A stretch of 64,000 nucleotides of DNA from assembly GCA_964016885.1 (NCBI GenBank), contig OZ024740.1, positions 191,022,001 to 191,086,000 of the forward strand. The letters run 5' to 3'. The position numbers were made by a program, and so were the translations under genes. Position 1 is the first letter of the stretch. Each line of letters starts with the position of its first letter. Origin of the DNA: Eledone cirrhosa (taxonomy: Eukaryota). The notes under the pieces are model-generated. The model was given only the letters and a program-made list of their open reading frames with translations. It made no database searches and was not told the DNA's origin. Shown here piece after piece: positions 26,668 to 38,640 of the stretch.

Positions 26668-29513
26668 CGCAGCGCTCAGCGTCGACCGTCGAGATGCGCG
26701 GCAAGCCGTCAAGGTAGGGACTGACATCCGCTACTTTCTCAGACTCGCCACTCCTCCCGAACAACCGAGCAAAGTGCTGGCGAAAGGCCTCACACATCCG
26801 CTTGGAATGGCTTATCTCGTGTCCGTCTCGGTTCGCCAAAGACCGAATTGTGGTTTTATTTCCACGCTGCGCCTCTGCCACGCGGGCCCATCGAACAGCT
26901 TTGGTTCCCGCGTTTCTCAGCGCACGCGCCTTAGCTCTGACAATGCAACCTTCGTGTTTCGCATTGAAGAAATCGTCTGATGCCATTCTCGCCGCTAGCA
27001 CGTCAGTTGCGATGCCACTACAAATAGCCTCGTCTAACTTATCTACCAGCTCCCCCTCCTTTCTATTTTTCTCTAACGCTAGTTCTTTTCTGAACTCTAT
27101 CGAAGTTAGTCTAATCTCTCTTTTGAGAGCCCCCCCCCCCCCCCACCATCTGTTGTTGATGATCCCCCCTGTCAACTTTCGCTTAACTAAATTTTTGACT
27201 CGGTACCTGTAAACCATACGTGCCGGAAATGACATGTTCAGCTTCCTGTAACCCGGTCTTAACCTACGAATTTTATCTAGGTCGACCGTACAGATCACAA
27301 ATTTGTGAACTGAATAGGCGACCGTTTTAAAAAGTGGACAGCCCCCACTATTTCTATCTATTTTCCTAATTAATATTCTGTCTATGTACGATCTAGATGA
27401 CCCCATTCGGTTGGTCCATGTCCACGTTGGCACATTGGGGAAATCTAGTCGGTACCTGTCAGACAGTTGGAACTGGCTGAGTAGTTGCTTGAGGCTTTTG
27501 CACCCCGCGCTCCTATCGGCTACTCCCACACAATCCCAGCGTGCGTCTAAGATGCCATTCCAGTCCCCTGCTAACAGTAAAGGGCAAGACGTACCCAGAA
27601 AGGACTCCAGGCGCCTAAAGAAGTCCGGTCGTCCGGCCTCTGTAGGGGCGTAGACGGCCAGCAGTCTAAAGGCACCACCTTCGCTACTGCTCACATCCAA
27701 GACCACCAACTTACCGTCCGGGTCCCGGAAGATCGACCTTACCTCGAGATCCAGTCCTTTCCTAAACAGCACTGCCACCCCAACCCCCATTCCCGGTCTG
27801 CTATTAGATGCGAAGTTGTGATAGTCTTCGAAAATGGGGGCTAGTGCGCGCGTGTCGAAAATCTGCTCTCGCTGACGGCAATCACATCCATTTCCAGCGA
27901 CCTGAGGTCGTTGAGCAGGCGACCCTGCTTCCAGCGTGACCCCAGGCCGCGAACATTTAAACTTCCTACTCTTAATATGGCCATATTGGTAAGCTAAGAG
28001 AGAGAGGGAAGGTTTACTTACCTCCCGGGGTCCTGTGAAGATCGGGTTGTTCGACCGCCATGGTTGGTGGGGTTTCTTTTGGGAACCCCTTTAAAAGTCT
28101 TGATGTGGGTTTCACATTCGGAGTTCCCACGTCATGAGGAAAGCTCTCTCGAATTTCTTTGAAGGAATTCGGACCAGAAGCAAATCTTCGGGCACGCAAA
28201 ATGTGCTCATTTCAAACATCTCCCCCTCCGTTTGAATGTCCTCGCTTCGTGCTAACAGCGCCATCAGTTTATCGTTGGCCCATCTGACAAGCACCAAGGT
28301 TTTAACATTTTGTTGGTGTGGTTTCATTTTTTTCGTTTTGGTGACTGTGGTGGTGATGGTTTTGGTGGTGTTGTTTCGGGTATGTCTATGTTTGTTGTAG
28401 GTGTGGGTTCTGCAATATCAGGTATTTGTGTGTTTATTTGTACTTGTGTTTGTTTAGGTTGTTTGCGTTTCGGGGATTGTGGTAGTGGTGTCGATGTTGC
28501 TGTTGGTGATGATGTTATTGTGAAAGTGTTTGCATTAGTGGTGTCTGTATTTGTTGTTGTGTATGTTTTTGTGTTATTTTGGGCTTTTTTTGTGAGTTTT
28601 CTCTGTTTTTTTGCACTTTTGGGTTTTCCTTCATCTTCGCTGCTGGAAGAGAAAGGGTCTGTGGCTGTGAGTGTCTCTGTGTCTGTGTGTGCGTTTATTG
28701 TTTTGTCTATGTGTATAACGGGGGGGGGTAGGGGGAGTGGGAAAGCTTTCCTCCTTTTCCACTTGGATTGGTTTTGGTGTTGGTGGTGATCCGGCTGTTT
28801 TTGATGTTGGTGTCTGTGTTTTTGTTGGTGTTGTTTTTGGTGGTGGTGGTGGTGCAGCTTTCCGTGCTGACAGTGGCGTTGGCAACAAAGAAGGTTTGCC
28901 ACCCCCTGCAATTTTGCCCTGAGTGCAGAATGCTTGCAGATGGGTTGCTTCCCCGCAGACGAAGGAGCGAGGGCTTCTTCCGTCAATGATTAGTTGGATT
29001 GTTGTCCCGTCCTGCAGGTGGGCAAAATCCGGGATGTTGTTCATGTCCTCCGGTTTCATTTCGAGAAGAATCTCCAAATCCATTCTGGACCAGTTCTCTC
29101 TCTCTGTCCTGTTGATATCCAGGAGGTTAGTGTCTGTCCCCTTCTCGATTACGCATCCTAGCAGCCACCATATGTTCATTCCTGGTGGAATGCTGGGAAT
29201 GCGGACCTTTACTGTCCTTTTACCAATGTAGGACGGATGCATGATAATGCGTTCCGTTCTGCAGGGGGTCGCCGAGTACTTAATAGTGAGGGCCTCGGTT
29301 TAGAACAGTACCAAGATGTTACCGAACTGTTTGCCTCTTGCTGTATACTCTATGTTACTTCCGATGAACTCCAAAGCAGCCTCGACCTCTGCTTGGCTAG
29401 CAAATTCCACTTTTCGTTTCTGCACCGAAATGCATCGAAAGAACACCGTCCTCCTTTGCATGGCCGCTATTGCCTCGTCCGGGATGGTCAGGTTTGCCCA
29501 GGACTTCTCCCGT
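26668..29513 (-). mobile_element. Second, diverged Tx1 element: partial ORF1 + APE part of ORF2; truncated at both ends
   Basis: ORF2 ATG at 27984 (MAILRVGSLNVRGLG); ORF 26633-27790 is homologous to 8905-10206; ORF1 pieces with knuckle (S)FVCGEATHLQAFC; 5' end abuts (ATT)n on its own strand. Confidence 0.9.
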
Positions 29514-29560
<47 letters not shown>

Positions 29561-29562
<2 letters not shown>

Positions 29563-32500
29563 AGACGCACGAGGTGACGGAGGTCATGAAATCGCTCCCG
29601 TAAGTTTTGAATTTTTAACATATTTAAATCATTTGTGAAATAACAACTCTTAGTACAAATGCTATGTAAAGCACCCGGCTTGAGCCCCAAAAAAATTCGG
29701 ACCCAAAATATATTGTTATAAGGCTCAAATATTCAAATATTCAACTTTGTATTGTACACTGTATATCCCAAAAAAAATGGCTATAAATGGAAGAAGAAGA
29801 ACCCCCCCCCCCTCCTCTCCTCTGGCTACACTATATAGGACAGCTAAACTCACCAACACCAGAAACTAGATACACCACCCACCCCATCATCTGTGTACAC
29901 TGAACACAACAGCATTTTCACCTTCACCGCCACCGCTCACTACGGCCATCATTACCACCACTATCCCATCACCGCCGCCACCACCCCTTGACTCCTTCAC
30001 TGCTGCTGCCACCGCTACAGCACCATCACTACAGTAATACGGCTCAAATATTCAAATATTCAACTTTGTATTGTACACTGTATATCCAAAAAAAAATAAA
30101 ATGGCTATAAATGGAAGAAGAAGAACCCCCCCCTCCTCTCCTCTGGCTACACTATATAGGACAGCGAAACTCACCAACACCAGAAACTAGATACACCACC
30201 CACCCCATCATCTGTGTACACTAAACACAACAGCATTTTCACCTTCACCGCCACCGCTCACTACGGCCATCATTACCACCACTATCCCATCACCGCCGCG
30301 ACCACCCCCTGACTCCTTCACTGCTGCTGCCACCGCTACAGCACCATCACTACAGTAATACGGTCGCATCACCGCCACCACTGCCTCGGTATCGACATCA
30401 CCACCACCACTGTCTCAGTATCGCCAACGCCGCCAGTCTCTGCTGGCTACCACTTCCACATTATAGAATTCCTACTACTAACAAAGAGGAAGGCATCAAA
30501 ATATATAGATAGACTCAAAAGAAAAAAGAAAAAACAAACAACAAAAGCAGCACAGCAACAACAGTAAAAAACGAGAAAAACAGAGAAAAACAAAAACAAA
30601 AAAAGAAACCCCAAAAACGTAAAGAAAATAAGAATGAAGAGAGAAGCAGGCGGACGGACAGAGAAGAGGGGGGAAAAAGTAAAACTTAAAAAACAAAAAC
30701 TAAGTCAGACATTCGAATACTACATTACAATGAAACTTATGCTTATTCATTTTGGGGGCCCTTTCTGCCCGTGTGTTTGTTTGTTTATGTGTGTCCGTAT
30801 ACAGCGTGGTGATAATGCCACACAAGGGCCAAGTGGGATGGCGGATCCACAGATGGCTATGTAAACATACATTCGCCAATCCTCGATAAGAATGTTTAAA
30901 TATCGAACATAAACAGTTCGAATAACGGTGAAATGGAGACTAGAACGTCATGTGACAGACTCTCACCCAACAAGTGCCCCCTGGCTCAGCAGCAGGAACC
31001 TGACTGTCAACCAAATACTGCTGATGTTGGAGGAAGAAGAAGAAGGAAAGGGGCCAGAACCAACTGGACGAAAGAATTGAATAGAACTGTTATGCAATGC
31101 TACCTGAAAAGTAACCCCAAGGAGAGGGGCTACAGGAGACGGATGCATAACATCTGGAACGAGATTGGTTTATTTAAATTAGATGAACAAAAATTGGCCG
31201 GGCAGGCTCGGGTAATAAGAACTAATGGGTGGATAAGCGAGCTGGAACTGGAGGAACTGAGCAGAGAGAATGGCTTGGAGATGGCGGGTGTAGTATGCCA
31301 GACAAGCGAGCCGGCGGGAAATGAAGGTGAGGAGGTCCTGAGAACGGAGGAACCACCCGAAGCAGACAATGATCTGAATACTGAGATAAATAATACCTGG
31401 AACAGAGAAACGGCCACTGAGGAGATGAATGCTGACGGGCTAGGACAAGATTCGGTTGACATCCTAAATTTAGTGGTAGATGAGTTGAACAATGATAGTG
31501 GGAGACCTATGAACCTAAGATTTGTAGACAGGAAAAAGTTAAAAGAAACAACAGCTAAGGTAAACAAAGTCATCCCATACCTTGAGGCGAGGAGTCTTCA
31601 CCAGTGCAACAATATCCTCAAAGCAACAGCAAATACGGTGAGGAAACTACTTGGTATAAAAGCGAGAGGAAACAACAGACAAGACAGAGCAGAGCCGTGG
31701 TGAAGAAGCGACTGAGTGGGCAAATCGGGGAAATGAGAAATGACATAGGAAAGCTTGAGTCACTACTGAATGGGACACTAAAAAACATAGGCACTAAAAA
31801 TAGACTGGAAATAAAATACAAAACTAGGAGTAAAAAGCTAAATATTTTCATAGAGGAATTGAAGCAACGCATTGTAGCAAAGAGTGCCAAAATCAGGCGA
31901 TACGAGAACAGAGTCAGTCAGTATAAACAGAACCGCATGTTCGACAACAACCAGAAGATGCTGTTTGGACAGCTTGAGGTGAAAGAAAGAGGCAACGACT
32001 TGATCCCTGGGGCGGAACAAGCTAAAACATTCTGGAGAGGAATATGGGAGCAGGATGTTAGACACAATGCCCAGGCAGGGTGGATTGAGACAGTACAGAG
32101 GGAGATCGGTGAGCAGGTACAGCAACAGACTGATTTGAGTATCACAGTTGAAACTCTTAAGGGGCAAGCCAAAAAACTAACCAACTGGAAATCACCAGGC
32201 CCAGATGGTGTGCAGGGGTATTGGATTAAACATTTAACATCCCTCCACCCGAAGCTGACGGCCATGTTCAATGACTGCTTGGTGTCGGGTGAGGTGCCAG
32301 AGTGGTTGACAAAAGGTACCACAGTTCTGATAATGAAAGACCGAATCAAGGGTAATGATGTTACCAACTATAGGCCTATCACATGTCTGCCCGTAATGTG
32401 GAAACTGTTGACGAGCATTGTGTCTGAGTAATTCTACCATCACCTCCACACAAACAACTTGTTGCCGGACGAACAGAAAGGATGCCGAAAGAAGTCACGT

Positions 32501-34409
32501 GGTACAAAGGACCAGTTGCTTATTGATAAGATGGTAATGGGGAATTGCAGGAGGAGACACACTGATCTTGCCATGGGATGGATAGACTACAGAAAGGCAT
32601 TTGACATGGTGCCTCATTCCTGGATCACCAAAAGCCTGGAGATCTTCAGGTTGGCAGATAACATCAGACAGTTGCTGGGCAGGAGTATGGGGTCCTGGGA
32701 GACAGAGTTGACATCAACTGGAGTATCCTTGGGAAGCGTGAAGATCAAGAGAGTATCTTCCAGGGAGATAGCCTGTCCCCTCTGTTGTTTGTCCTTGCCC
32801 TGATGCCCTTGACCATTATGCTGCGAAAAGTGAGAGCAGGATACAAGTTGGGAAGGGGAGAGCTTACCATCAATCACCTCCTCTTCATGGACGATCTTAA
32901 GCTCTTCGGGAAAAGTGAGAAGGAGTTGGATGTGCTTGTTGACACTGTCCGTATTTTCAGCAGTGATATATGTATGCAGTTTGGTATTGGTAAATGTGGA
33001 GTCATTGTGATGAGGAGGGGTAGGTTGAGCAGAAGTAACGGGATCCAGATACCAACAGGTGAGATGATAAAGGAAATTGACTCTGAGGAAGGATACAAGT
33101 ATTTGGGCGTTCTGGAGGCTGATGGCATAAAGAACAAAAAAATGAAGGAATTGTTAAGAACTGAATACATTCGGAGAGTAAGGAGCGTATTGAAGTCACA
33201 TCTGAACAGCAGAAATGCCATAAGCGCAGTAAATTCCCGAGCTGTGTCTATTATTAGGTACAGTGCGGGAATTCTGAGATGGAATGTTGCTGAACAAAAA
33301 GAAATGGATAGGAAGACTAGGAAGCTATTGACTATCTACAACATGTTCCACAAGAGGAGTGATGTCGATAGACTCTACCTAAGGACATCTGAGGGTGGAA
33401 GAGGTCTTATCAGCATAGAGGACTGTGTTCAGATGGAGAAAAACAACCTATACAAATACGTGACCTATAGTAAGGAGCCAATGCTCAGAGCTGTACTGAA
33501 GGAGGGGACAGTAGGCCAGGGGATACCCAAGGAGGAAATAACATCAAGGAGGAAGAGCAGCCTTAAGGGAAAATCCCTTCATAGTACCTTCTTTGAGAAA
33601 ACTGAATTTAGAGATCCACAGACATGGAACTGGTTGAGAAGAGGAGACCTCAAAAAGGCTACAGAAGGAATGCTAATGGCTGCGCAGGAGCAGGCCCTCT
33701 AAACGAAGTGGTTGAAGCACCATATCTACAAGGAGGAGGCTAGCCCACTGTGCATGATCTGTGGAGAGAGAGAGGAGACTGTGGCTCACATTGTGTCCGA
33801 GTGTAAACACCTAGCCCAGACCCACTATAAGGGCTGGAAACACGATGTGATGGGCAGGGTGATCCACTGGCACCTGTGCAAAGTAAACAATCTACCACAT
33901 TCTGAGAAATGGTATGAGCATAGGCCAGAGGCGGTGATGGAGAACAGTCAGGTGAAGGTGCTGTGGGATTTTAGGATACAGACGGACAAAAAACTGGAAC
34001 ACAATAGACCTGACCTGGTGGTTGTGGACAAAGAAAAAATATCGTGCCTGATTGTGGATGTGGCCTGCCCGTTCGACACGAGAGTGCAAGAGAAGGAGAG
34101 GGAGAAAATTAACCGATACCAGGACCTAAAGTGGGAGGTGAAAAGGATTTGGAACTGCCATGAAGTCAAAGTGATCCCGATTGTCATAGGCGCACTGGGG
34201 ACTATCTCCAAAGGTTTCCAGGGATGGTTAAAGAAAATCGGCCCCTTCACGCTTTTTGGAACGCTTCAAAAGGCATGCTTGCTTGGAACGGCAAGAACCC
34301 TCCGATACGTCCTGAATATCTGAGGCTGCAGGTAGTGGCTTGATATTCAATCCAACGGACTTTCCAGTTAACCAACATCAATGACTGAGATTCAAGGAAT
34401 AACAATAAC

Positions 34410-34448
<39 letters not shown>
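29561..34448 (+). mobile_element. Dong family A copy A2, apparently full length (~1.37-kb 5' UTR); ORF broken by two frameshifts and two stops
   Basis: ORF pieces 30933-34323 are nearly identical to 35123-38515; (AAT)n on both sides. Confidence 0.95.
29722..30361 (+). repeat. ~319-bp tandem duplication within the A2 5' UTR
   Basis: 29722-30040 repeated at 30041-30361 with few differences. Confidence 0.93.
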
Positions 34449-37400
34449 TACCAGCACTATCATTACCACCACTACCCACCCCTTCACTCCTTCACTGCTG
34501 CCACCGCTACAGCACCATCACTACAGTAATACGGTCACATCACCGCCACCACTGCCTCGGTATCGACATCACCACCACCACTATCTCAGTATCGCTACCG
34601 CCGCCAGTCTCCCACTTCTCCCTGCTGGCTGATACTTCCACATTATAGAATTCCTACTACTAACAAAGAGGAAGGCATCAAAATATATAGATAGACTCAA
34701 AAGAAAAAAGAAAAAACAAACAACAAAACCAAAGCAGCACAGCAACAACAGCAAAAACGAGATAAACAAACAGAGAAAAACAAAAACAAAAAAAGAAATC
34801 CCCAAAACGTAAAGAAAATAAGAATGAAGAGAGAAGCAGGCGGACGGACAGAGAAGAGGGGGGAAAAACTAAAACTTAAAAAACAAAAACTAAGTCAGAC
34901 ATTCGAACACTACATTACAATGAAACTTATGCTTATTCATTTTTGGGGCCCTTTCTGCCTGTGTGTTTGTTTGTTTATGTCTGTTCGTATACAGCGTGGT
35001 GATAATGCCACAAAAGGGCCAAGTGGGATGGCGGATCCACAGATGGCTATGTAACCATACATTCGCCAATCCTCGATAAGAGTGTTTAAATATCGAACAT
35101 AAACAGTTCGAGTAACGGTGAAATGGAGACTAGAACGTCAGGTGACAGACTCTCACCCAACAGGTGCCCCCTGGCTCAGCAGCAGGAACCTGACTGTCAA
35201 CCAAATACTGCTGATGTTGGAGGAAGAAGAAGAAGGAAAGGGGCCAGAACCAACTGGACGAAAGAATTGAATAGAACTGTTATGCAATGCTACCTGAAAA
35301 GTAACCCCAAGGAGAGGGGCTACAGGAGACGGATGCATAACATCTGGAACGAGATTGGTTTATTTAAATTAGATGAACAAAAATTGGCCGGGCAGGCTCG
35401 GGTAATAAGAACTAATGGGTGGATAAGCGAGCTGGAACTGGAGGAACTGAGCAGAGAGAATGGCTTGGAGATGGCGGGTGTAGTATGCCAGACAAGCGAG
35501 CCAGTGGGAAATGAAGGTGAAGAGGTCCTGAGAACGGAGGAACCACCCGAAACAGACAATGATCTGAATACTGAGATAAATAATACCTGGAACAGAGATA
35601 CGGCCACTGAGGAGATGAATGCTGACGGGCTAGGACAAGATTCGGTTGACATCCTAAATTTAGTGGTAGATGAATTGAACAATGATAGTGGGAGACCTAT
35701 GAAGCTAAGATTTGTAGACAGGAAAAAGTTAAAAGAAACAACAGCTAAGGTAAACAAAGTCATCCCATACCTTGAGGCGATGAGCCTTCACCAGTGCAAC
35801 AATATCCTCAAAGCAACAGCAAATACGGTGAGGAAACTACTTGGTATAAAAGCGAGAGGAAACAACAGACAAGAAAGAGCAGAGCCGTGGTGGAAGAAGC
35901 GACTGAGTGGGCAAATCGGGGAAATGAGAAATGACATAGGAAAGCTTGAGTCACTACTGAATGGGACACTAAAAAACATAGGCACTAAAAATAGACTGGA
36001 AATAAAATACAAAACTAGGAGTAAAAAGCTAAATATTATCATAGAGGAATTGAAGCAACGCATTGTAGCAAAGAGTGCAAAAATCAGGCGATACGAGAAC
36101 AGAGTCAGTCAGTATAAACAGAACTGCATGTTCGACAACAACCAGAAGATGCTGTTTGGACAGCTTGAGGGGAAAGAAAGAGGCAACGACTTGATCCCTG
36201 GGGCGGAACAAACTAAAACATTCTGGAGAGGAATATGGGAGCAGGATGTTAGACATAATGCCCAGGCAGGGTGGATTGAGACAGTACTGAGGGAGATCGG
36301 TGAGCAGGCACAACAACAAACTGAGTTGAGTATCACAGTTGAAACTCTTAAGGGGCAGGCCAAAAAACTAACCAACAGGAAATCACCAGGCCCAGATGGT
36401 GTGCAGGGGTATTGGAGTAAACATTTAACATCCCTCCACCCGAAGCTGACGGCCATGTTCAATGACTGCTTGGTGTCGGGTGAGGTGCCAGAGTGGTTGA
36501 CAAAAGGTACCACAGTTCTGATAATGAAAGACCGAATCAAGGGTAATGATGTTACCAACTATAGACCTATCACATGTTTGTCCGTAATGTGGAAACTGTT
36601 GACGAGCATTGTGTCTGAGGAAATCTACCATCACCTCCACACAAACAACTTGTTACCGGACAAACAGAAAGGATGCCGAAAGAAGTCACGTGGTACAAAG
36701 AACCAGTTACTTATTGATAAGATGGTAATGGGGAATTGCAGGAGGAGACACACTGATCTTGCCATGGGATGGATAGACTACAGAAAGGCATTTGACATGG
36801 TGCCTCATTCTTGGATCACCAAAAGCCTGGAGATCTTCAGGGTGGCAGATAACATCAGACAGTTGCTGGGCAGGAGTATGGGGTCCTGGGAGACAGAGTT
36901 GACATCAACTGGAGTATCCTTGGGAAGCGTGAAGATCAAGAGAGGTATCTTCCAGGGAGATAGCCTGTCCCCTCTGTTGTTTGTCCTTGCCCTAATTCCC
37001 TTGACCATTATGCTGCGAAAAGTGAGAGCAGGATACAAGTTGGGAAGGGGAGAGCTTACCATCAATCACCTCCTCTTCATGGACGATCTTAAGCTCTTCG
37101 GGAAAAGTGAGAAGGAGTTGGATGTGCTTGTTGACACTGTCCGTATTTTCAGCAGTAATATATGTATGCAGTTTGGTATTGGTAAATGTGGAGTCATTGT
37201 GATGAGGAGGGGTAGGTTGAGCAGAAGTAGCGGGATCCAGATACCAACAGGTGAGATGATAAAGGAAATTGACTCTGAGGAAGGGTACAAGTATTTGGGC
37301 GTTCTGGAGGCTGATGGCATAAAGAACAAAAAAATGAAGGAATTGTTAAGAACTGAATACATTCGGAGAGTAAGGAGCGTATTGAAGTCACATCTGAACA

Positions 37401-38598
37401 GCAGAAATGCCATAAGCGCAGTAAATTCCCGAGCTGTGTCTATTATTAGGTACAGTGCGGGAATTCTGAGATGGAATGTTGCTGAACAAAAAGAAATGGA
37501 TAGGAACACTAGGAAGCTATTGACTATCTACAACATGTTCCACAAGAGGAGTGATGTCGATATACTCTACCTAAGGAGATCTGAGGGTGGAAGAGGTCTT
37601 ATCAGCATAGAGGACTGTGTTCGGATGGAGAAAAACAACCTATACAAATACGTGACCTATAGTAAGGAGCCAATGCTCAAAACTGTACTGAAGGAGGGGA
37701 CAGTAGGCCAGGTGATGTCCAAGGAGGAAATAACATCAAGGAGGAAGAGCAGCCTTAAGGGAAAATCCCTTCATAGTACCTTCTTTGAGAAAACTGAATT
37801 TAGAGATCCACAGACATGGAACTGGTTGAGAAGAGGAGACCTCAAAAAGGCTACAGAAGGAATGATAATGGCTGCGCAGGAGCAGGCCCTCAAAACGAAG
37901 TGGTTGAAGCACCATACTTACAAGGAGGAGGCTAGCCCACTGTGCAGGATCTGTGGAGAGAGAGAGAAGACTGTGGCTCACATTGTGTCCGAGTGTAAAC
38001 ACCTAGCCCAGACCCACTATAAGGGCTGGAGACACGATGTGATGGGCAGGGTGATCCACTGGCACCTGTGCAAAGTAAACAATTTACCACATTCTGAGAA
38101 ATGGTATGAGCATAGGCCGGAGGCGGTGATGGAGAACAATCAGGTGAAGGTGCTGTGGGATTTCAGGATACAGACGGACAAAAAACCGGAACACAATAGA
38201 CCTGACCTGGTGGTTGTGGACAAAGAAAAAAGATCGTGTCTGATTGTGGATGTGGCCTGCCCGTTCGACACGAGAGTGCAAGAGAAGGAGAGGGAGAAAA
38301 TTAACCGATACCAGGACCTAAAGTGGGAGGTGAAAAGGATTTGGAACTGCCATGAAGTCAAAGTGATCCCGATTGTCATAGGCGCACTGGGGACTATCTC
38401 CAAAAGTTTCCAGGGATGGTTAAAGAAAATCGGCCCCTTCACGCTTTTTGGAACGCTTCAAAAGGCATGCTTGCGTGGAACAGCAAGAACCATCCGATAC
38501 GTCCTGAATATCTGAGGCTGCAGGTAGTGGCTTGATATTCATTCCAACGGACTTTCCAGTTAACCAACATCAATGACTGAGATTCAAGGAATAACAAC

Positions 38599-38630
<32 letters not shown>

Positions 38631-38637
38631 TAATAAG
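34449..38637 (+). mobile_element. Dong family A copy A3, 5'-truncated in UTR, head-to-tail behind A2
   Basis: Starts directly in the (AAT)n tail of A2 and ends in its own (AAT)n tail. Confidence 0.95.
35123..38515 (+). CDS. Uninterrupted 1130-aa R4/Dong polyprotein: N-terminal DNA-binding region, RT, CCHC finger, restriction-like endonuclease
   Basis: WTKELNRTVMQCY N-terminus; [33 protein letters not shown]; [18 protein letters not shown]; RHD; RPDLVVVD..IVDVACP..KINRY (PD-(D/E)xK). Confidence 0.95.
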   Translation: METRTSGDRLSPNRCPLAQQQEPDCQPNTADVGGRRRRKGARTNWTKELNRTVMQCYLKSNPKERGYRRRMHNIWNEIGLFKLDEQKLAGQARVIRTNGWISELELEELSRENGLEMAGVVCQTSEPVGNEGEEVLRTEEPPETDNDLNTEINNTWNRDTATEEMNADGLGQDSVDILNLVVDELNNDSGRPMKLRFVDRKKLKETTAKVNKVIPYLEAMSLHQCNNILKATANTVRKLLGIKARGNNRQERAEPWWKKRLSGQIGEMRNDIGKLESLLNGTLKNIGTKNRLEIKYKTRSKKLNIIIEELKQRIVAKSAKIRRYENRVSQYKQNCMFDNNQKMLFGQLEGKERGNDLIPGAEQTKTFWRGIWEQDVRHNAQAGWIETVLREIGEQAQQQTELSITVETLKGQAKKLTNRKSPGPDGVQGYWSKHLTSLHPKLTAMFNDCLVSGEVPEWLTKGTTVLIMKDRIKGNDVTNYRPITCLSVMWKLLTSIVSEEIYHHLHTNNLLPDKQKGCRKKSRGTKNQLLIDKMVMGNCRRRHTDLAMGWIDYRKAFDMVPHSWITKSLEIFRVADNIRQLLGRSMGSWETELTSTGVSLGSVKIKRGIFQGDSLSPLLFVLALIPLTIMLRKVRAGYKLGRGELTINHLLFMDDLKLFGKSEKELDVLVDTVRIFSSNICMQFGIGKCGVIVMRRGRLSRSSGIQIPTGEMIKEIDSEEGYKYLGVLEADGIKNKKMKELLRTEYIRRVRSVLKSHLNSRNAISAVNSRAVSIIRYSAGILRWNVAEQKEMDRNTRKLLTIYNMFHKRSDVDILYLRRSEGGRGLISIEDCVRMEKNNLYKYVTYSKEPMLKTVLKEGTVGQVMSKEEITSRRKSSLKGKSLHSTFFEKTEFRDPQTWNWLRRGDLKKATEGMIMAAQEQALKTKWLKHHTYKEEASPLCRICGEREKTVAHIVSECKHLAQTHYKGWRHDVMGRVIHWHLCKVNNLPHSEKWYEHRPEAVMENNQVKVLWDFRIQTDKKPEHNRPDLVVVDKEKRSCLIVDVACPFDTRVQEKEREKINRYQDLKWEVKRIWNCHEVKVIPIVIGALGTISKSFQGWLKKIGPFTLFGTLQKACLRGTARTIRYVLNI

Positions 38638-38640
38638 TAA

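Noticed and set aside
30634-30864. 76-aa upstream ORF in A2 and A3 UTRs
   Set aside because: Not kept in frame in the A1/A4 subfamily; low-complexity A-rich sequence.
35153-38442. Recurrent antisense ORFs in Dong copies
   Set aside because: They recur only because the copies are near-identical; no recognisable motifs.
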